Below, one piece after another: positions 41,375 through 51,242 of a DNA stretch of 64,000 nucleotides. Each line of letters opens with the position of its first letter. Positions within the stretch are counted from its first letter, which is position 1. The stretch spans positions 124,001 through 188,000 of IMG/VR virus record IMGVR_UViG_3300027770_000027; one strand, given 5' to 3'. The translations under genes and the position numbers were made by a program. A model generated the notes under the pieces. The model ran no database searches, was not told where the DNA came from, and was given only the letters and a program-made list of their open reading frames with translations.

Positions 41375-43249
41375 TTATCCAGTAGGAGCGGCTTCTGGGG
41401 CTGGTGGCGGGGCTTCTCCGCCTTCTGGAGCAACGGCGCCGCCTTCTGGAGCAACGGCGCCGCCTTCTGGAGATACTTCTGCTCCACCTCCACCAAATTC
41501 TGGTATAGCACTACCTCCACCCCCACCCCCACCTTCAGCACCGGCACCACCTTCAGCTCCACCAGCTGCAGATGCTGCTGCTTGAGCTGCTTCAATTTGT
41601 TCTCTCCAGTTAGGACCTGCGTTGGTAATTTGCTGCAATTCCCATTTAAATGCAGCTTCCTTACGTTGCCATTCCATGTTTTCACTAATTTTAGTATCAC
41701 TAAATCCTAGATAGTGTCGTTGAGCAAATATATTAGATATTCCTTCATTTTGAGACATATCTGCAAAATTCTTTTGTTTTAATTCTTGCATCTGTTGTTG
41801 ACGAATCGCAAAGTAATTTGATGGTGGATTAAATGAAAGGTTTATAAATGACTCGTGAAGTTTGTATTCATTCCACCAGCCCTTAATTTTTAAATGGGTT
41901 ATAAAGGCAGCTTTAAGACCAAATGCAAATTGATTTTGCAAACGCATTATAAATTTAGCAAATCTTAATTCTTCTCGAAGAATTTCTGAACCGTCTTTAA
42001 ATGCTTCATTGGGGTTGAGTCTAGTTAGAGGCACTTTCAAGCTCTTGTAAAGTTTGTTTACAAAATACATCAAATCATCTAACTTTCCTAGGTTGTCGCC
42101 TCCTTGGAGCACAGACACATCTGATCCAGTCTCACCGGTACGTTTTGCAAACCAATAACTATCTAACATTGATTGTGGGTTATAAGAATTTACAACAGAT
42201 CCACCGTTATTTGACCCATCATATACCTGTTTAGACCAATATTGCTGCTTCAATTGCTGCATATATGCTTGGGCCTTAGCGGGAGGCATATTACCCACGT
42301 CAATTACAAATTTTAAACGTTCTGGTGCTCTAACTAAACGATAAATGATGATTGCATCCTCTAGTAAAGATAAAAGTTTATAAGCACGACGACAATTTTC
42401 AATAAAAGGAATTCTAACAGTTAAATCCTCATTCCAGAGACCAGAATTTATATAGGTAATTTGATTACCCTGCAAAGTCATTAATTGTTGCTGAAGATTG
42501 TTTCCGGGACTAACATTGTTAGTTTGTTGAGATAATGGTCCAGATGGATTATTGTTTAAATTAATAGGTTTAGAAAAAACAAAATTTTCTATAACATTAT
42601 TTTGTATATTATCATATACAGGACTTATAGTCTCTGCTGGTATGTTAAGACATCCAATAATTCCATAATCGGTTTTGTCTTTATAAGTGATATTTTCGAA
42701 GAAAACCTCACCTTCTACCAATAAATGTCTGCAATATCCCCATCCTTTGTGTTCTAAATCATAGATATTAATGAACTTTTCAAATTCTTTCTGCAATTCT
42801 GCCTTGGCTTCAGATTCTATGTCACAAAATGCAGAAAATGCTAAATGAATAATTTTACCATTTTCATCTTTAACAATAAATTCATCACAAATTTCATCCA
42901 AACAATCTGATACTTCAGAAAAAGCGGCCATTCTGCGATATTCTGCTAATCTTCTGATCTTATCTGTATCTACTTGTGCATAGATATAATTGTGATAAGG
43001 GCTGTGTGATCCAAAAGCAGCACTGCCTGTGGGTCCATACTCCATACCCATAGCGGGTCCGGTGATTACCGACTGCTTTAATAAGCGAAAATCTGTGCGT
43101 TTGGCTAACCTATCAAAAAGTTCATACTTGGGGTTGCCCGCAGAAACATCTAATCCAGCGGCTACATACGGCAAACGTTGTAAAACACTTGAAATAAAAT
43201 TGCGTCCTACATTTTGTCCGCGGCTTGAAGTTGGTAAAAGATCTGCCAT
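41375..43249 (-). CDS. gp20: Portal protein (gp20-like)
   Basis: YRRMA, LEDAIIIYRLVRAPER, DVGNMP, KLYKSLKVP, EILREELRF. Confidence 0.97.
   Translation of the reverse strand: MADLLPTSSRGQNVGRNFISSVLQRLPYVAAGLDVSAGNPKYELFDRLAKRTDFRLLKQSVITGPAMGMEYGPTGSAAFGSHSPYHNYIYAQVDTDKIRRLAEYRRMAAFSEVSDCLDEICDEFIVKDENGKIIHLAFSAFCDIESEAKAELQKEFEKFINIYDLEHKGWGYCRHLLVEGEVFFENITYKDKTDYGIIGCLNIPAETISPVYDNIQNNVIENFVFSKPINLNNNPSGPLSQQTNNVSPGNNLQQQLMTLQGNQITYINSGLWNEDLTVRIPFIENCRRAYKLLSLLEDAIIIYRLVRAPERLKFVIDVGNMPPAKAQAYMQQLKQQYWSKQVYDGSNNGGSVVNSYNPQSMLDSYWFAKRTGETGSDVSVLQGGDNLGKLDDLMYFVNKLYKSLKVPLTRLNPNEAFKDGSEILREELRFAKFIMRLQNQFAFGLKAAFITHLKIKGWWNEYKLHESFINLSFNPPSNYFAIRQQQMQELKQKNFADMSQNEGISNIFAQRHYLGFSDTKISENMEWQRKEAAFKWELQQITNAGPNWREQIEAAQAAASAAGGAEGGAGAEGGGGGGGSAIPEFGGGGAEVSPEGGAVAPEGGAVAPEGGEAPPPAPEAAPTG
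41418..41472. repeat. 21-bp tandem repeat (about 2.6 copies) in the portal low-complexity tail
   Basis: ccgccttctggagcaacggcg unit, encoding PEGGAVA. Confidence 0.85.
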
Positions 43250-43305
43250 ATATTATATAATTACTATAAATTGTAACTTAACACCATATTATCCTATTAT
43301 TGAAC

Positions 43306-44598
43306 TTAATCAAAATAACTATGTGGCAAATTCCAGTGCCCATCTGTGAATATTAGAGTAACAACCATTGGATGCTGGGGTGTTGTTGCACCTCTGAATG
43401 GCAACCACCAGTCTTTGTCTGCAGTTTCTTCAATATTAGTACCAGACGAATACCTTGCGTGTGCAAATTTTACAGTGGTGTACTCATCCTCGTTTGTATA
43501 CTTTCCACTTGGCACCAAATACATTATTTGTCCCTCTATTCCATCTGCTAGGGTATACATATCACTACTAGGAGTAGTACCATTGCCGTAAGGAACTAGT
43601 TTATTGATTTGTTTGGTTAAATCTATCGCAATACTGCCAGCATTGGAGCCTGCATCGACGGTAGATGTGGAAGCAACAAAAGAACCTGGAAACGTAGCAA
43701 CACCAGCTGGGCTGAAATACCAGCTTTTAGATACTAGATTATCAGGATCTGCGTTATCAATAGCCTCTATACTAACACCTTCTCCACTTGCAATATGAAA
43801 TCCCATACCAACTCTAATAGAAGTGTTGTTTCTATCAAAAACTATACCCCCGTTTTGAGCCAATAACAGATCTCCTTGTTTAGTAAACGCCCAGCGATTA
43901 ACATTATCATTTAAATTTGTTTCTATGTTGAAGGCTCCGGATAATTCTGTAGTAGGGGAAAAACTATTGTCAACAACTCCCACCCAAACATCCTTATCAT
44001 ATGATGTCAAAGAGGCCCATGCTCCGGGAGTCCCTACTAAATCTACTCCCCCACCATTCCACGCATCACCTAACATACCCCCTTTAGCCAAATATAAATT
44101 GCCGTCTGAACTTAAAGTTGTAGTATATAAATTACTTGATAAAATATTGGTAATAGTGGAAGTTGCACTTCCCCAATGACTGGATAAACTGCTTGTAGTA
44201 GCGTAAACAGAATTCCAATTTACTGAAGATGCTGTCAAATTATATACAGTTGAAGACAAGTCTGTCGGTCTACTGTTCCATTGACTGGATAAACTGCTTG
44301 TGATGGCGTAGACTGAATTCCATTTTAAAGACTCCGCAGTTAAATTTGATATATCAGTTCTAAAAACAATATCTGAAGATAATAAATTGTTAATAGACCT
44401 CAAATCTAAAGCACTTAAATCTAAGAGGGCAGCACTAAGAGAGTTTAAAGATACTAAAACTGGATTATTAGCATTTGCAAAAGAAACAACACTGAATAGT
44501 GTAGTATTAAGTGTGCGTCCATTATGATACACTAGAAGCAGATCTGCACTTGTGAGATCAGATATTGTTGTAAAATCTTTTATAGTCTTTTGTTGCAT
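43306..44598 (-). CDS. Fibre/whisker-like structural protein
   Basis: N-terminal TIKDFTT...DLLLV anchor-like motif, WNSVYAxTSSLSSxW repeats, WxFxxxG fibre motifs. Confidence 0.6.
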   Translation of the reverse strand: MQQKTIKDFTTISDLTSADLLLVYHNGRTLNTTLFSVVSFANANNPVLVSLNSLSAALLDLSALDLRSINNLLSSDIVFRTDISNLTAESLKWNSVYAITSSLSSQWNSRPTDLSSTVYNLTASSVNWNSVYATTSSLSSHWGSATSTITNILSSNLYTTTLSSDGNLYLAKGGMLGDAWNGGGVDLVGTPGAWASLTSYDKDVWVGVVDNSFSPTTELSGAFNIETNLNDNVNRWAFTKQGDLLLAQNGGIVFDRNNTSIRVGMGFHIASGEGVSIEAIDNADPDNLVSKSWYFSPAGVATFPGSFVASTSTVDAGSNAGSIAIDLTKQINKLVPYGNGTTPSSDMYTLADGIEGQIMYLVPSGKYTNEDEYTTVKFAHARYSSGTNIEETADKDWWLPFRGATTPQHPMVVTLIFTDGHWNLPHSYFD

Positions 44599-44610
44599 AC
44601 TCTAGAATAT

Positions 44611-45858
44611 TTAGTTCCAAACTAGAGTATTTCCGAATTCATCGACTATGTTTGCGTTGTCTTCTGTTAAAATAGATATTCCCAAATAATTTATAGGAAT
44701 CCCATTTACCACCGGAGAGGGTTCATATACCCAACCACTCCAAGAACTAATAGCGGGTCTCAGGCTACAAGTAGATAATTTGCCGTATCCGGCTTCATTT
44801 TCAACAATAATATCTATATATCCAAAATTAAGTGGTATTTGAGGTAGACTAAACTGTAGATGTTCATCCGTAATGGGGTTAAAACTAGAAAGCCTAACTG
44901 CATTAAATGGAGGATTGAATGAAGAAAGCTTGGGATATGCTGAAAATAAATCCCATGTCTGAATATTATCAAACATGGATGGATCACTTGCACTTAAATA
45001 TACATTACGTGGCTGAAATAAATATTTTCCATAAACGTCTAAGAAAACAGCAGACACTGGAAGAGTTGGAATAAGTGCATCATTATAATAAAGACAAGAT
45101 GGATATACAACTTTTGGATGAGGAATTGCTGATATAGATCGGGTATCAGTTTCTAAGGTTTTTAATAAACGGTCTCCTTCTCTGATATCCCCCAAAGCGG
45201 TAAAATCTGTGTTTATATAGTAGATTTTTTTATAAGGTTCATCAAATTTCTTAAAAATCCATCCCTTTATAGTAAAAGAGGTGTCTGCAGACAATTTAAA
45301 AGGAGCTCCAGCTGCTAATTCTTGTGGGTATGTGGGTGTTATGGTGCCGGACCAAGTAACTTCTGAGCGAATTTCAAACGGAGTGTCAGATTCTTTAAGA
45401 CCTGGAAATTTCCAAGAAATTACTACATATGGATCATTATATGGAATGATGTTAGATATAATCTGGTCCATATCTTCCTGATATTTTGCTATAATAGTCA
45501 TATTAACAGCAATGTTAACTGGAAGAGGTTGTGGTATTTTCTTTAAAAATATTTCCGGCACTTCTGGAGTGTTGAAAGGTATCATAAACCCTTCATTTTT
45601 ATTAAAAACCCTAGATTTGTCCCTAGTGATACTAGCAATGGATACAGCAATTGCTGGAACAGTGGGAGCACCTGGTCCTGGGGTGTTTAAAGTTTCAAAC
45701 ACACGCTGTTTAGGAGCATATACAAATGAAACTTTGGTGTCTGATGAAAGAATTTCATTATGATCTTTATCATACCTCTTGATAACAATGTCATTAAAAG
45801 CAGCTATGAACTGCTCTAGCATGGTCATTACTTCAAAATTGTATGTATAGTTCCTCAT
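44611..45858 (-). CDS. gp15: Tail sheath stabiliser / terminator (gp15-like) with C-terminal extension
   Basis: FNDIVIKR, YAPKQR, DMDQIISNIIPY, FTIKGW. Confidence 0.85.
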   Translation of the reverse strand: MRNYTYNFEVMTMLEQFIAAFNDIVIKRYDKDHNEILSSDTKVSFVYAPKQRVFETLNTPGPGAPTVPAIAVSIASITRDKSRVFNKNEGFMIPFNTPEVPEIFLKKIPQPLPVNIAVNMTIIAKYQEDMDQIISNIIPYNDPYVVISWKFPGLKESDTPFEIRSEVTWSGTITPTYPQELAAGAPFKLSADTSFTIKGWIFKKFDEPYKKIYYINTDFTALGDIREGDRLLKTLETDTRSISAIPHPKVVYPSCLYYNDALIPTLPVSAVFLDVYGKYLFQPRNVYLSASDPSMFDNIQTWDLFSAYPKLSSFNPPFNAVRLSSFNPITDEHLQFSLPQIPLNFGYIDIIVENEAGYGKLSTCSLRPAISSWSGWVYEPSPVVNGIPINYLGISILTEDNANIVDEFGNTLVWN

Positions 45859-45878
45859 CAGACAAGTATTTATGGTAT

Positions 45879-47549
45879 TTACATAAATCGTTCTAGAAAA
45901 TACTTAGGAAGATATTTTTTATTAGTAGTTATCGCTTTTACAGCAGCTCCATCTAAAATATAAGTCACTGCATGATCTTCTTTTGATCGAGTACACCTTC
46001 CACTCATTTGAATAAGACTGTCTAACATCTTCATACCATAATAATGAGGATTTTTGTCAAATTGTTTTTTAATTCTTTTAGAACCTAGCGGTAGATAAGG
46101 AGCTTTGATAATAATTTGAAACCTTCCCAAGTCATCATCTAAACTAACTCCAGTGTCTAACGAAGGGCTTACCAGAATAGTATCTTCTTCTATTCTTTTT
46201 TTATGAATTGCAATAATATCTTCATTACTTGAACCCACTTCTCTAAATAAAAATCTTAAATTTTGTCTCGTCTTTTGTTTTAACTTTTCTGTGATACTGT
46301 TGGTATGGGTATGAATTAGTCCCTTTTCTCCTTTATGCATTTCACATATCTTCAAAGCCATGTCAATTACCTTAGGAAGAGTTGATTCTATGGTTTTAAA
46401 TGACAGACTATACTTGCTTGAAACGTATATAGGAGACTTAGAAGAAGGAAAGGTTGAATCTATATCTATAAATGAATATTCATTATTTGAGATACCCAAA
46501 CTCTTTGCATATTCTTCTACATTACTAATAGTAGCCGACATCATGAGAATATGGTTAGCATTTCCGAAAATAGTCTGTGCTAATGGTTTAATGTCGTAAG
46601 GCACAAAAGTTACTTCTTTGTTATCCTTATACTCCACAAGATATTGACACTCTTGCCAGTTTAGAACGGCGTCCATGATTGAATTATACAAACTAGTGAG
46701 TTTACCCAAGCGCTGTTGCTGTTTAAAAAGTAAACTGTCAAACCCACTTCCTTTGTTTGATATCAAAGTTAACTTGTGTCTCAATTCTTGCATCTGTTCT
46801 TTGACTTGCAGAAATATATCTTGCAACCACATTCCGGCTTCCTCCGCATCGTCTGAAATAATTTTCTTGAATACAATTTCTTCTGCTGTTAATTGAGCAT
46901 AGTTTAATGTAATTGAATACTGCCCTACAATTTCACTTTCAATCTTGTCTGCTTCATCAAAGATTAAATATTGGCGTTTCATCAAAAATGTCGGCATATT
47001 AAAATACGCTCGATAATTTAAGACTGGATCTGAAGACATCAATGCATTTTTGCGGATCTTATAATAAGGACATCTATCTTCTGCAAAACATTCTTGTTTT
47101 AATTTAGGACTAAACAAACAAGGAGCAAAATCAACAGTAACGTTAGGATCCACTGCACAAGTGTAATTATTTTTACCCTTGGGTGCAATTTGATCTGTAA
47201 ACAATTCTGTATACTGATTTTGTAATGATTTTGTGACTGTTAAAATTGCGGACCCGTATGATGATTCTGATAGGAAAGTTTCTTTGTGTAAGTAATTTCC
47301 TTGATTATCTTTTTTAAAAGCTTCATACGATTCTAACAATCGCTGTCTATTAGAATCAATACCTCTTGATGATCTTGCCAATGTAGTTGCTATGTGTGAT
47401 TTGCCAGATCCTGTAGGAAGTCTGGCTATTACATATTTTTTACCGCTTTGAAACTCTTTTTGAATAAATTTAAGAGCTTCTATTTGTTGTGGTCGTGGAC
47501 TATCTTGTCCAGGGAAATAATCAATTACGTTTTGTGTATTTGTCTTCAA
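45879..47549 (-). CDS. DinG/XPD-family helicase (probable Fe-S cluster)
   Basis: PRPQQ, PTGSGKS, four-Cys segment ending CPYY, DEAD, SAT, QMSGRCTRS. Confidence 0.9.
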   Translation of the reverse strand: MKTNTQNVIDYFPGQDSPRPQQIEALKFIQKEFQSGKKYVIARLPTGSGKSHIATTLARSSRGIDSNRQRLLESYEAFKKDNQGNYLHKETFLSESSYGSAILTVTKSLQNQYTELFTDQIAPKGKNNYTCAVDPNVTVDFAPCLFSPKLKQECFAEDRCPYYKIRKNALMSSDPVLNYRAYFNMPTFLMKRQYLIFDEADKIESEIVGQYSITLNYAQLTAEEIVFKKIISDDAEEAGMWLQDIFLQVKEQMQELRHKLTLISNKGSGFDSLLFKQQQRLGKLTSLYNSIMDAVLNWQECQYLVEYKDNKEVTFVPYDIKPLAQTIFGNANHILMMSATISNVEEYAKSLGISNNEYSFIDIDSTFPSSKSPIYVSSKYSLSFKTIESTLPKVIDMALKICEMHKGEKGLIHTHTNSITEKLKQKTRQNLRFLFREVGSSNEDIIAIHKKRIEEDTILVSPSLDTGVSLDDDLGRFQIIIKAPYLPLGSKRIKKQFDKNPHYYGMKMLDSLIQMSGRCTRSKEDHAVTYILDGAAVKAITTNKKYLPKYFLERFM

Positions 47550-47778
47550 GCTTCTTTAGTATATCGAAATTTAAAACTTTTTGCACGCAGGAACATGGGA
47601 TGTGTGTAAAATTTTGATGATCCCTGCCAACAAATTTACGACCGTAACATTTATTACAGCTATTCTTTGGAAGTTTGGTGACCGGTAGATATCCAGGACC
47701 GAGAATAAATAAATCCGCAATTAAAACTTGCTGGATAGTTCCCGCAAAAACATTAAAAACATTGGTGGTTTCATTCAT
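47521..47778 (-). CDS. Small Zn-finger-like protein
   Basis: CNKCYGR...CSC. Confidence 0.6.
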   Translation of the reverse strand: MNETTNVFNVFAGTIQQVLIADLFILGPGYLPVTKLPKNSCNKCYGRKFVGRDHQNFTHIPCSCVQKVLNFDILKKLEDKYTKRN

Positions 47779-48127
47779 GGGTATTAATAGTTAAAATGGT
47801 GTCCCAATATTTATTTTTGACTCCAATTACTGGGTATACTTTTAGGTAATTTTCTATTTCTGGCGCTAATTTTGCGAGTGTCTTAATCCTGTAGTCAAAA
47901 TATACTAGATTGTCTTCATTATGAGACTCTGTAGCATATGGAATGGGTATTTCTACCTTGTCTCCTTCTTTCTTAAGAGTGTTTAAAATGAAAGTAAGAT
48001 AAAAATTCTTTTGATAAAAAAGAATGAGTTTACCTTGCTTAAAAATTTTATTATTAATCTCTAAGGAAATGGTTTTTTGCAAAAGATATTTACATATTTC
48101 TTCTAAATTTGAGCCGTTAATGTTCAT
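47771..48127 (-). CDS. Hypothetical protein
   Basis: 118-aa ORF overlapping its neighbours. Confidence 0.6.
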   Translation of the reverse strand: MNINGSNLEEICKYLLQKTISLEINNKIFKQGKLILFYQKNFYLTFILNTLKKEGDKVEIPIPYATESHNEDNLVYFDYRIKTLAKLAPEIENYLKVYPVIGVKNKYWDTILTINTHE

Positions 48128-48510
48128 TAGGTGTTCATGAAAGCAGCTTTTTGTTCACTGCTCATCTTTGATAAGACATCATTGTAGTACTCCCAGAAAT
48201 CCTCAATTGGAGTTGACGGAATTAATTTGATTACTTCTGTAGAATCTGCCGGAATGGCTCTCCAATTCTGCATAAACATATCAAAAACTACAACTAAATT
48301 ATAATTGTTTGGATTGTATGGTGGTTTTCCAGCAGGTGCATTAAAATTAAAAATTTTACGACCCAATTCTGAATCCAAAATTGCTGGATTGAGAGATGCT
48401 AACATACGCCTGGTAGCAGGTTTTCCGGCTACTGGATTTTTTCTAGTAAATTTTAATTCTACAACATTATTTTCTAACAATTGTTGTAAACCAGCAGATG
48501 AAAGTCCCAT
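48127..48510 (-). CDS. SH3/WYL-like (DUF2693-like) phage protein
   Basis: VVELKFTRK...RRMLASL...VFD...WRAI; start at MGLSS. Confidence 0.6.
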   Translation of the reverse strand: MGLSSAGLQQLLENNVVELKFTRKNPVAGKPATRRMLASLNPAILDSELGRKIFNFNAPAGKPPYNPNNYNLVVVFDMFMQNWRAIPADSTEVIKLIPSTPIEDFWEYYNDVLSKMSSEQKAAFMNT

Positions 48511-48511
48511 G

Positions 48512-48901
48512 TTATTCGATTGGTTTATAGTCACAAACTCCAAAAATTCGATCTTCATTTAAGAAGGCAACATTACTTAAACCATTGATAGAATTTACCT
48601 TCAATCCTCGATCATTCGGAAACACTACATGATCTCCTTCTTTGACAATTTTACAATCAGGTCCGGCAAGGATGACCTTACCAACTCGCCAAGTGTGTTC
48701 TACTGCATTAATAGGAATCCACAAGCTTCCGCGTCGGATTTCTGTTCCAGACTCATTAATATCCGCATACTGAATCATTAAAATATTGTCTAATACTTTT
48801 GTGATATTCCAGTCATCCAATTCATAGCTCTTTCCCTGATAGTGTTCAATTTGAATTTTACCACCAATGCGGTCTTGTAGGTTTGTGGGTCTGTCTATCA
48901 T
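48512..48901 (-). CDS. GroES-like co-chaperonin
   Basis: GKVILAGP...VKEGDHVVF...LNEDRIFG. Confidence 0.8.
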   Translation of the reverse strand: MIDRPTNLQDRIGGKIQIEHYQGKSYELDDWNITKVLDNILMIQYADINESGTEIRRGSLWIPINAVEHTWRVGKVILAGPDCKIVKEGDHVVFPNDRGLKVNSINGLSNVAFLNEDRIFGVCDYKPIE

Positions 48902-48905
48902 ATTT

Positions 48906-49301
48906 TTATTTAAGTGATTTGTTTAATTGTTCAAGTGTTGAATTATAGAGATTAATTTCTCTTTGAGATAATTCCATGTTATTAGCAATAATATTTGCAT
49001 CCGAATCTTCTTCTTTTGATTTAGAAGAAGCTTTTTTAATGTAAGATAATTTACAACTTATTTTAGGCAAAAGAGTTTTGTAAAATTTACCAGCCAAAAA
49101 ATTTTCTTTAGACAATGGAGTTTTATACACCCATCTATTAAAAGTAACATTTACTATTTGAGCTAAAGAATTATCTGCCATAGATAACCATCTATTGGTA
49201 ATAAAAATAGATGGTATACTATGTTCTTCTGGGATCTTAGAAGACTTCTTAAGAATCCAATTTAAATAAGGAAACAGATCATCTTTATATTGAGGTTTCA
49301 T
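48906..49301 (-). CDS. Probable clamp-loader small subunit (gp62-like)
   Basis: LFPYLNWI...FITNRWLS...FYKTLLPK...YIKK pattern; TAATG overlap with the upstream stop. Confidence 0.6.
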   Translation of the reverse strand: MKPQYKDDLFPYLNWILKKSSKIPEEHSIPSIFITNRWLSMADNSLAQIVNVTFNRWVYKTPLSKENFLAGKFYKTLLPKISCKLSYIKKASSKSKEEDSDANIIANNMELSQREINLYNSTLEQLNKSLK

Positions 49302-49894
49302 TAAATGACTTTGGTGGTGGCTGTGAAACAATCTTGGATAATTTCATAAAAGATATCATCAATCTTATAAGCCAATTTTTCGACCAAGTCATCTGTAAGA
49401 TAAAGAGAGAATGCAAAACTAGGAGCTCTGCTTCCTGCACTGATATTAATTCCAAAATGTCCCAGAGCAACTGTATCTGTAACCTTAGTAATGCTTACAC
49501 TGGCTTTGCCCCAGTCTTCTTTACCATCTTCACCCATGCCCTTTTTACGAAGCATCAGATCATCTCCGTTTACTTCAACATCATAAAGTCCAAAAATATC
49601 TGTTCTAAAAAGATTAGCAATTTCTTGAACAAATAATCTTTGAAAGAAGACCGCTCCAATCGGATTCATATTAGGAATCTCCCAACATACACTTAGAGCA
49701 TCGTCTGAGTATATAAAATCATTTGATAGCTTATCTTCAAGATCAATTAAATTATCTTTAACATCCATATTGCCTCGTGTAATATAGGCAACTCCAAGTG
49801 GATTATATTCCTTGCGAAAAATTTGATATCCAAAACGATTGTGGATTAAAGATCCGTCATAGTCTTCATCATTATAAATTCTTGATCTGCTCAT
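49301..49894 (-). CDS. DUF366-family protein (biotin/lipoate-ligase-like fold)
   Basis: YDGSLI...RGNMDV...IDLED...IYSDD...FQRL...GDDL...KASVSI...HFGINI. Confidence 0.75.
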   Translation of the reverse strand: MSRSRIYNDEDYDGSLIHNRFGYQIFRKEYNPLGVAYITRGNMDVKDNLIDLEDKLSNDFIYSDDALSVCWEIPNMNPIGAVFFQRLFVQEIANLFRTDIFGLYDVEVNGDDLMLRKKGMGEDGKEDWGKASVSITKVTDTVALGHFGINISAGSRAPSFAFSLYLTDDLVEKLAYKIDDIFYEIIQDCFTATTKVI

Positions 49895-49919
49895 AAATAT
49901 ATGATAGCTGTTAACTAGC

Positions 49920-50603
49920 TTAAGTCCCGAATTTTTTTGAGAAGAGTTTTGCACTGTCCATCCAGTCTGGGGTGTTCATACTGTCTCCCAGCCCATGATG
50001 AACTACTCGAATAGGCAATACCCCCATTTTGACCTTTTTGGCGTTGCAGTCTAAACAAAAAGCCAAATCATAGTGGTGAAAATTAAAATCTTTATCAAAT
50101 TTAGCACCTTTAGTAGTCACTGCTTCTACATCAATTGCTAAGAACAAACCATCTAATACCAGAGCTCTAGAATTTGTGGGCCCGAATACAGTTGTCCACA
50201 CTCTACTATCCGCCGCATGGGCAACTTCTCCTACATGAGTAGGTCTTTCAGACATCAAATGCCACGCAGGAGCTTTGGAGAGATTGATAGATTTGGCACC
50301 AGCCAAACCAGTGACTTCATAAGGAGAATTTTGTAATTTGTCTACTAAAAGCAAATCTTCCAATTCAACATCATCATGTACAAAAAGTAAAATACTTTTC
50401 TTGTGTTTTGGATCTTCTAAAAAAGTATTGTAAAGTTTGGACAAACCTTCTTTATTATCCTTTACAATAACAAAATCAAAAACTCCTTTACGAAACAAAT
50501 CGTTGGAGTCATATTGACGCTGTAAGGATTTAAAAATTGGCCTGTTTTCAAATTCTTTGATGTCTTTTGCTTGAGTTGCAATTACTGCAGTTACTTTTTT
50601 CAT
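49920..50603 (-). CDS. GT-A (family-2-like) glycosyltransferase
   Basis: LFVHDDV, GLAGA, LDGLFLA, FHHYDLAFCL; ATGA overlap with the GATase gene. Confidence 0.8.
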   Translation of the reverse strand: MKKVTAVIATQAKDIKEFENRPIFKSLQRQYDSNDLFRKGVFDFVIVKDNKEGLSKLYNTFLEDPKHKKSILLFVHDDVELEDLLLVDKLQNSPYEVTGLAGAKSINLSKAPAWHLMSERPTHVGEVAHAADSRVWTTVFGPTNSRALVLDGLFLAIDVEAVTTKGAKFDKDFNFHHYDLAFCLDCNAKKVKMGVLPIRVVHHGLGDSMNTPDWMDSAKLFSKKFGT

Positions 50604-51238
50604 ATAAAATAAGGACTTTCGTAAGAAAATGTTCCTTCTTTTGAGAAAGAACCTTCTTTTAATTTAAACCAAATTCCATCTTCTTCAACGCATGTAGAAT
50701 CTTGAAACTGAGAAGACGAAAAAGAATCTTTATCCATCCACAATGAACTACCCGCCTTGACCACATACACCTCTCCGTCCCACACAATCCAACTGGTAAG
50801 TAATCCTTGATAGTTGGAATATGTTTTTGATATACTGTAATTTTTAATTAAATCATGGGGTATCATTTGGGAGTCCACCTCAAATGGAGGATTACTATTA
50901 ATTTCTTCAAAATTTGTTATAATACCATTGTGAGCTACAAAACAACCATCCTGGTCAAATGGGTGAGTTGTTTTGTCACTCCATTTAGTTTCTGTACTAT
51001 TAGTGGGTGCTCTGGAATGAAAAAGAAAATAATCGTAAGGTTGATTACTCAATGCTAACTTATATTGATAATTTTCAAAATCTGTATCTGTCAGGTGTCC
51101 TGGCAGTTTGTGTATAAAATATGATTTTGAGTTTCTACAAACCGCCATGAACCCCGTAGAATAACTACCTCGATGTAAATTTAATTTGTAAAGATTAAAT
51201 GCTTTTTCAAAATTTGAACTGCCTGCAATTCCACACAT
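50600..51238 (-). CDS. Class II (Ntn) glutamine amidotransferase
   Basis: MCGI N-terminus, HRG, HSRAPT, HPF, AHNGII, VDS. Confidence 0.9.
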   Translation of the reverse strand: MCGIAGSSNFEKAFNLYKLNLHRGSYSTGFMAVCRNSKSYFIHKLPGHLTDTDFENYQYKLALSNQPYDYFLFHSRAPTNSTETKWSDKTTHPFDQDGCFVAHNGIITNFEEINSNPPFEVDSQMIPHDLIKNYSISKTYSNYQGLLTSWIVWDGEVYVVKAGSSLWMDKDSFSSSQFQDSTCVEEDGIWFKLKEGSFSKEGTFSYESPYFI

Positions 51239-51242
51239 GATA

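Noticed and set aside
41371-41710. Overlapping ORFs at the portal 3' end
   Set aside because: Alternative frames of a GC-rich low-complexity tail containing the 21-bp repeat.
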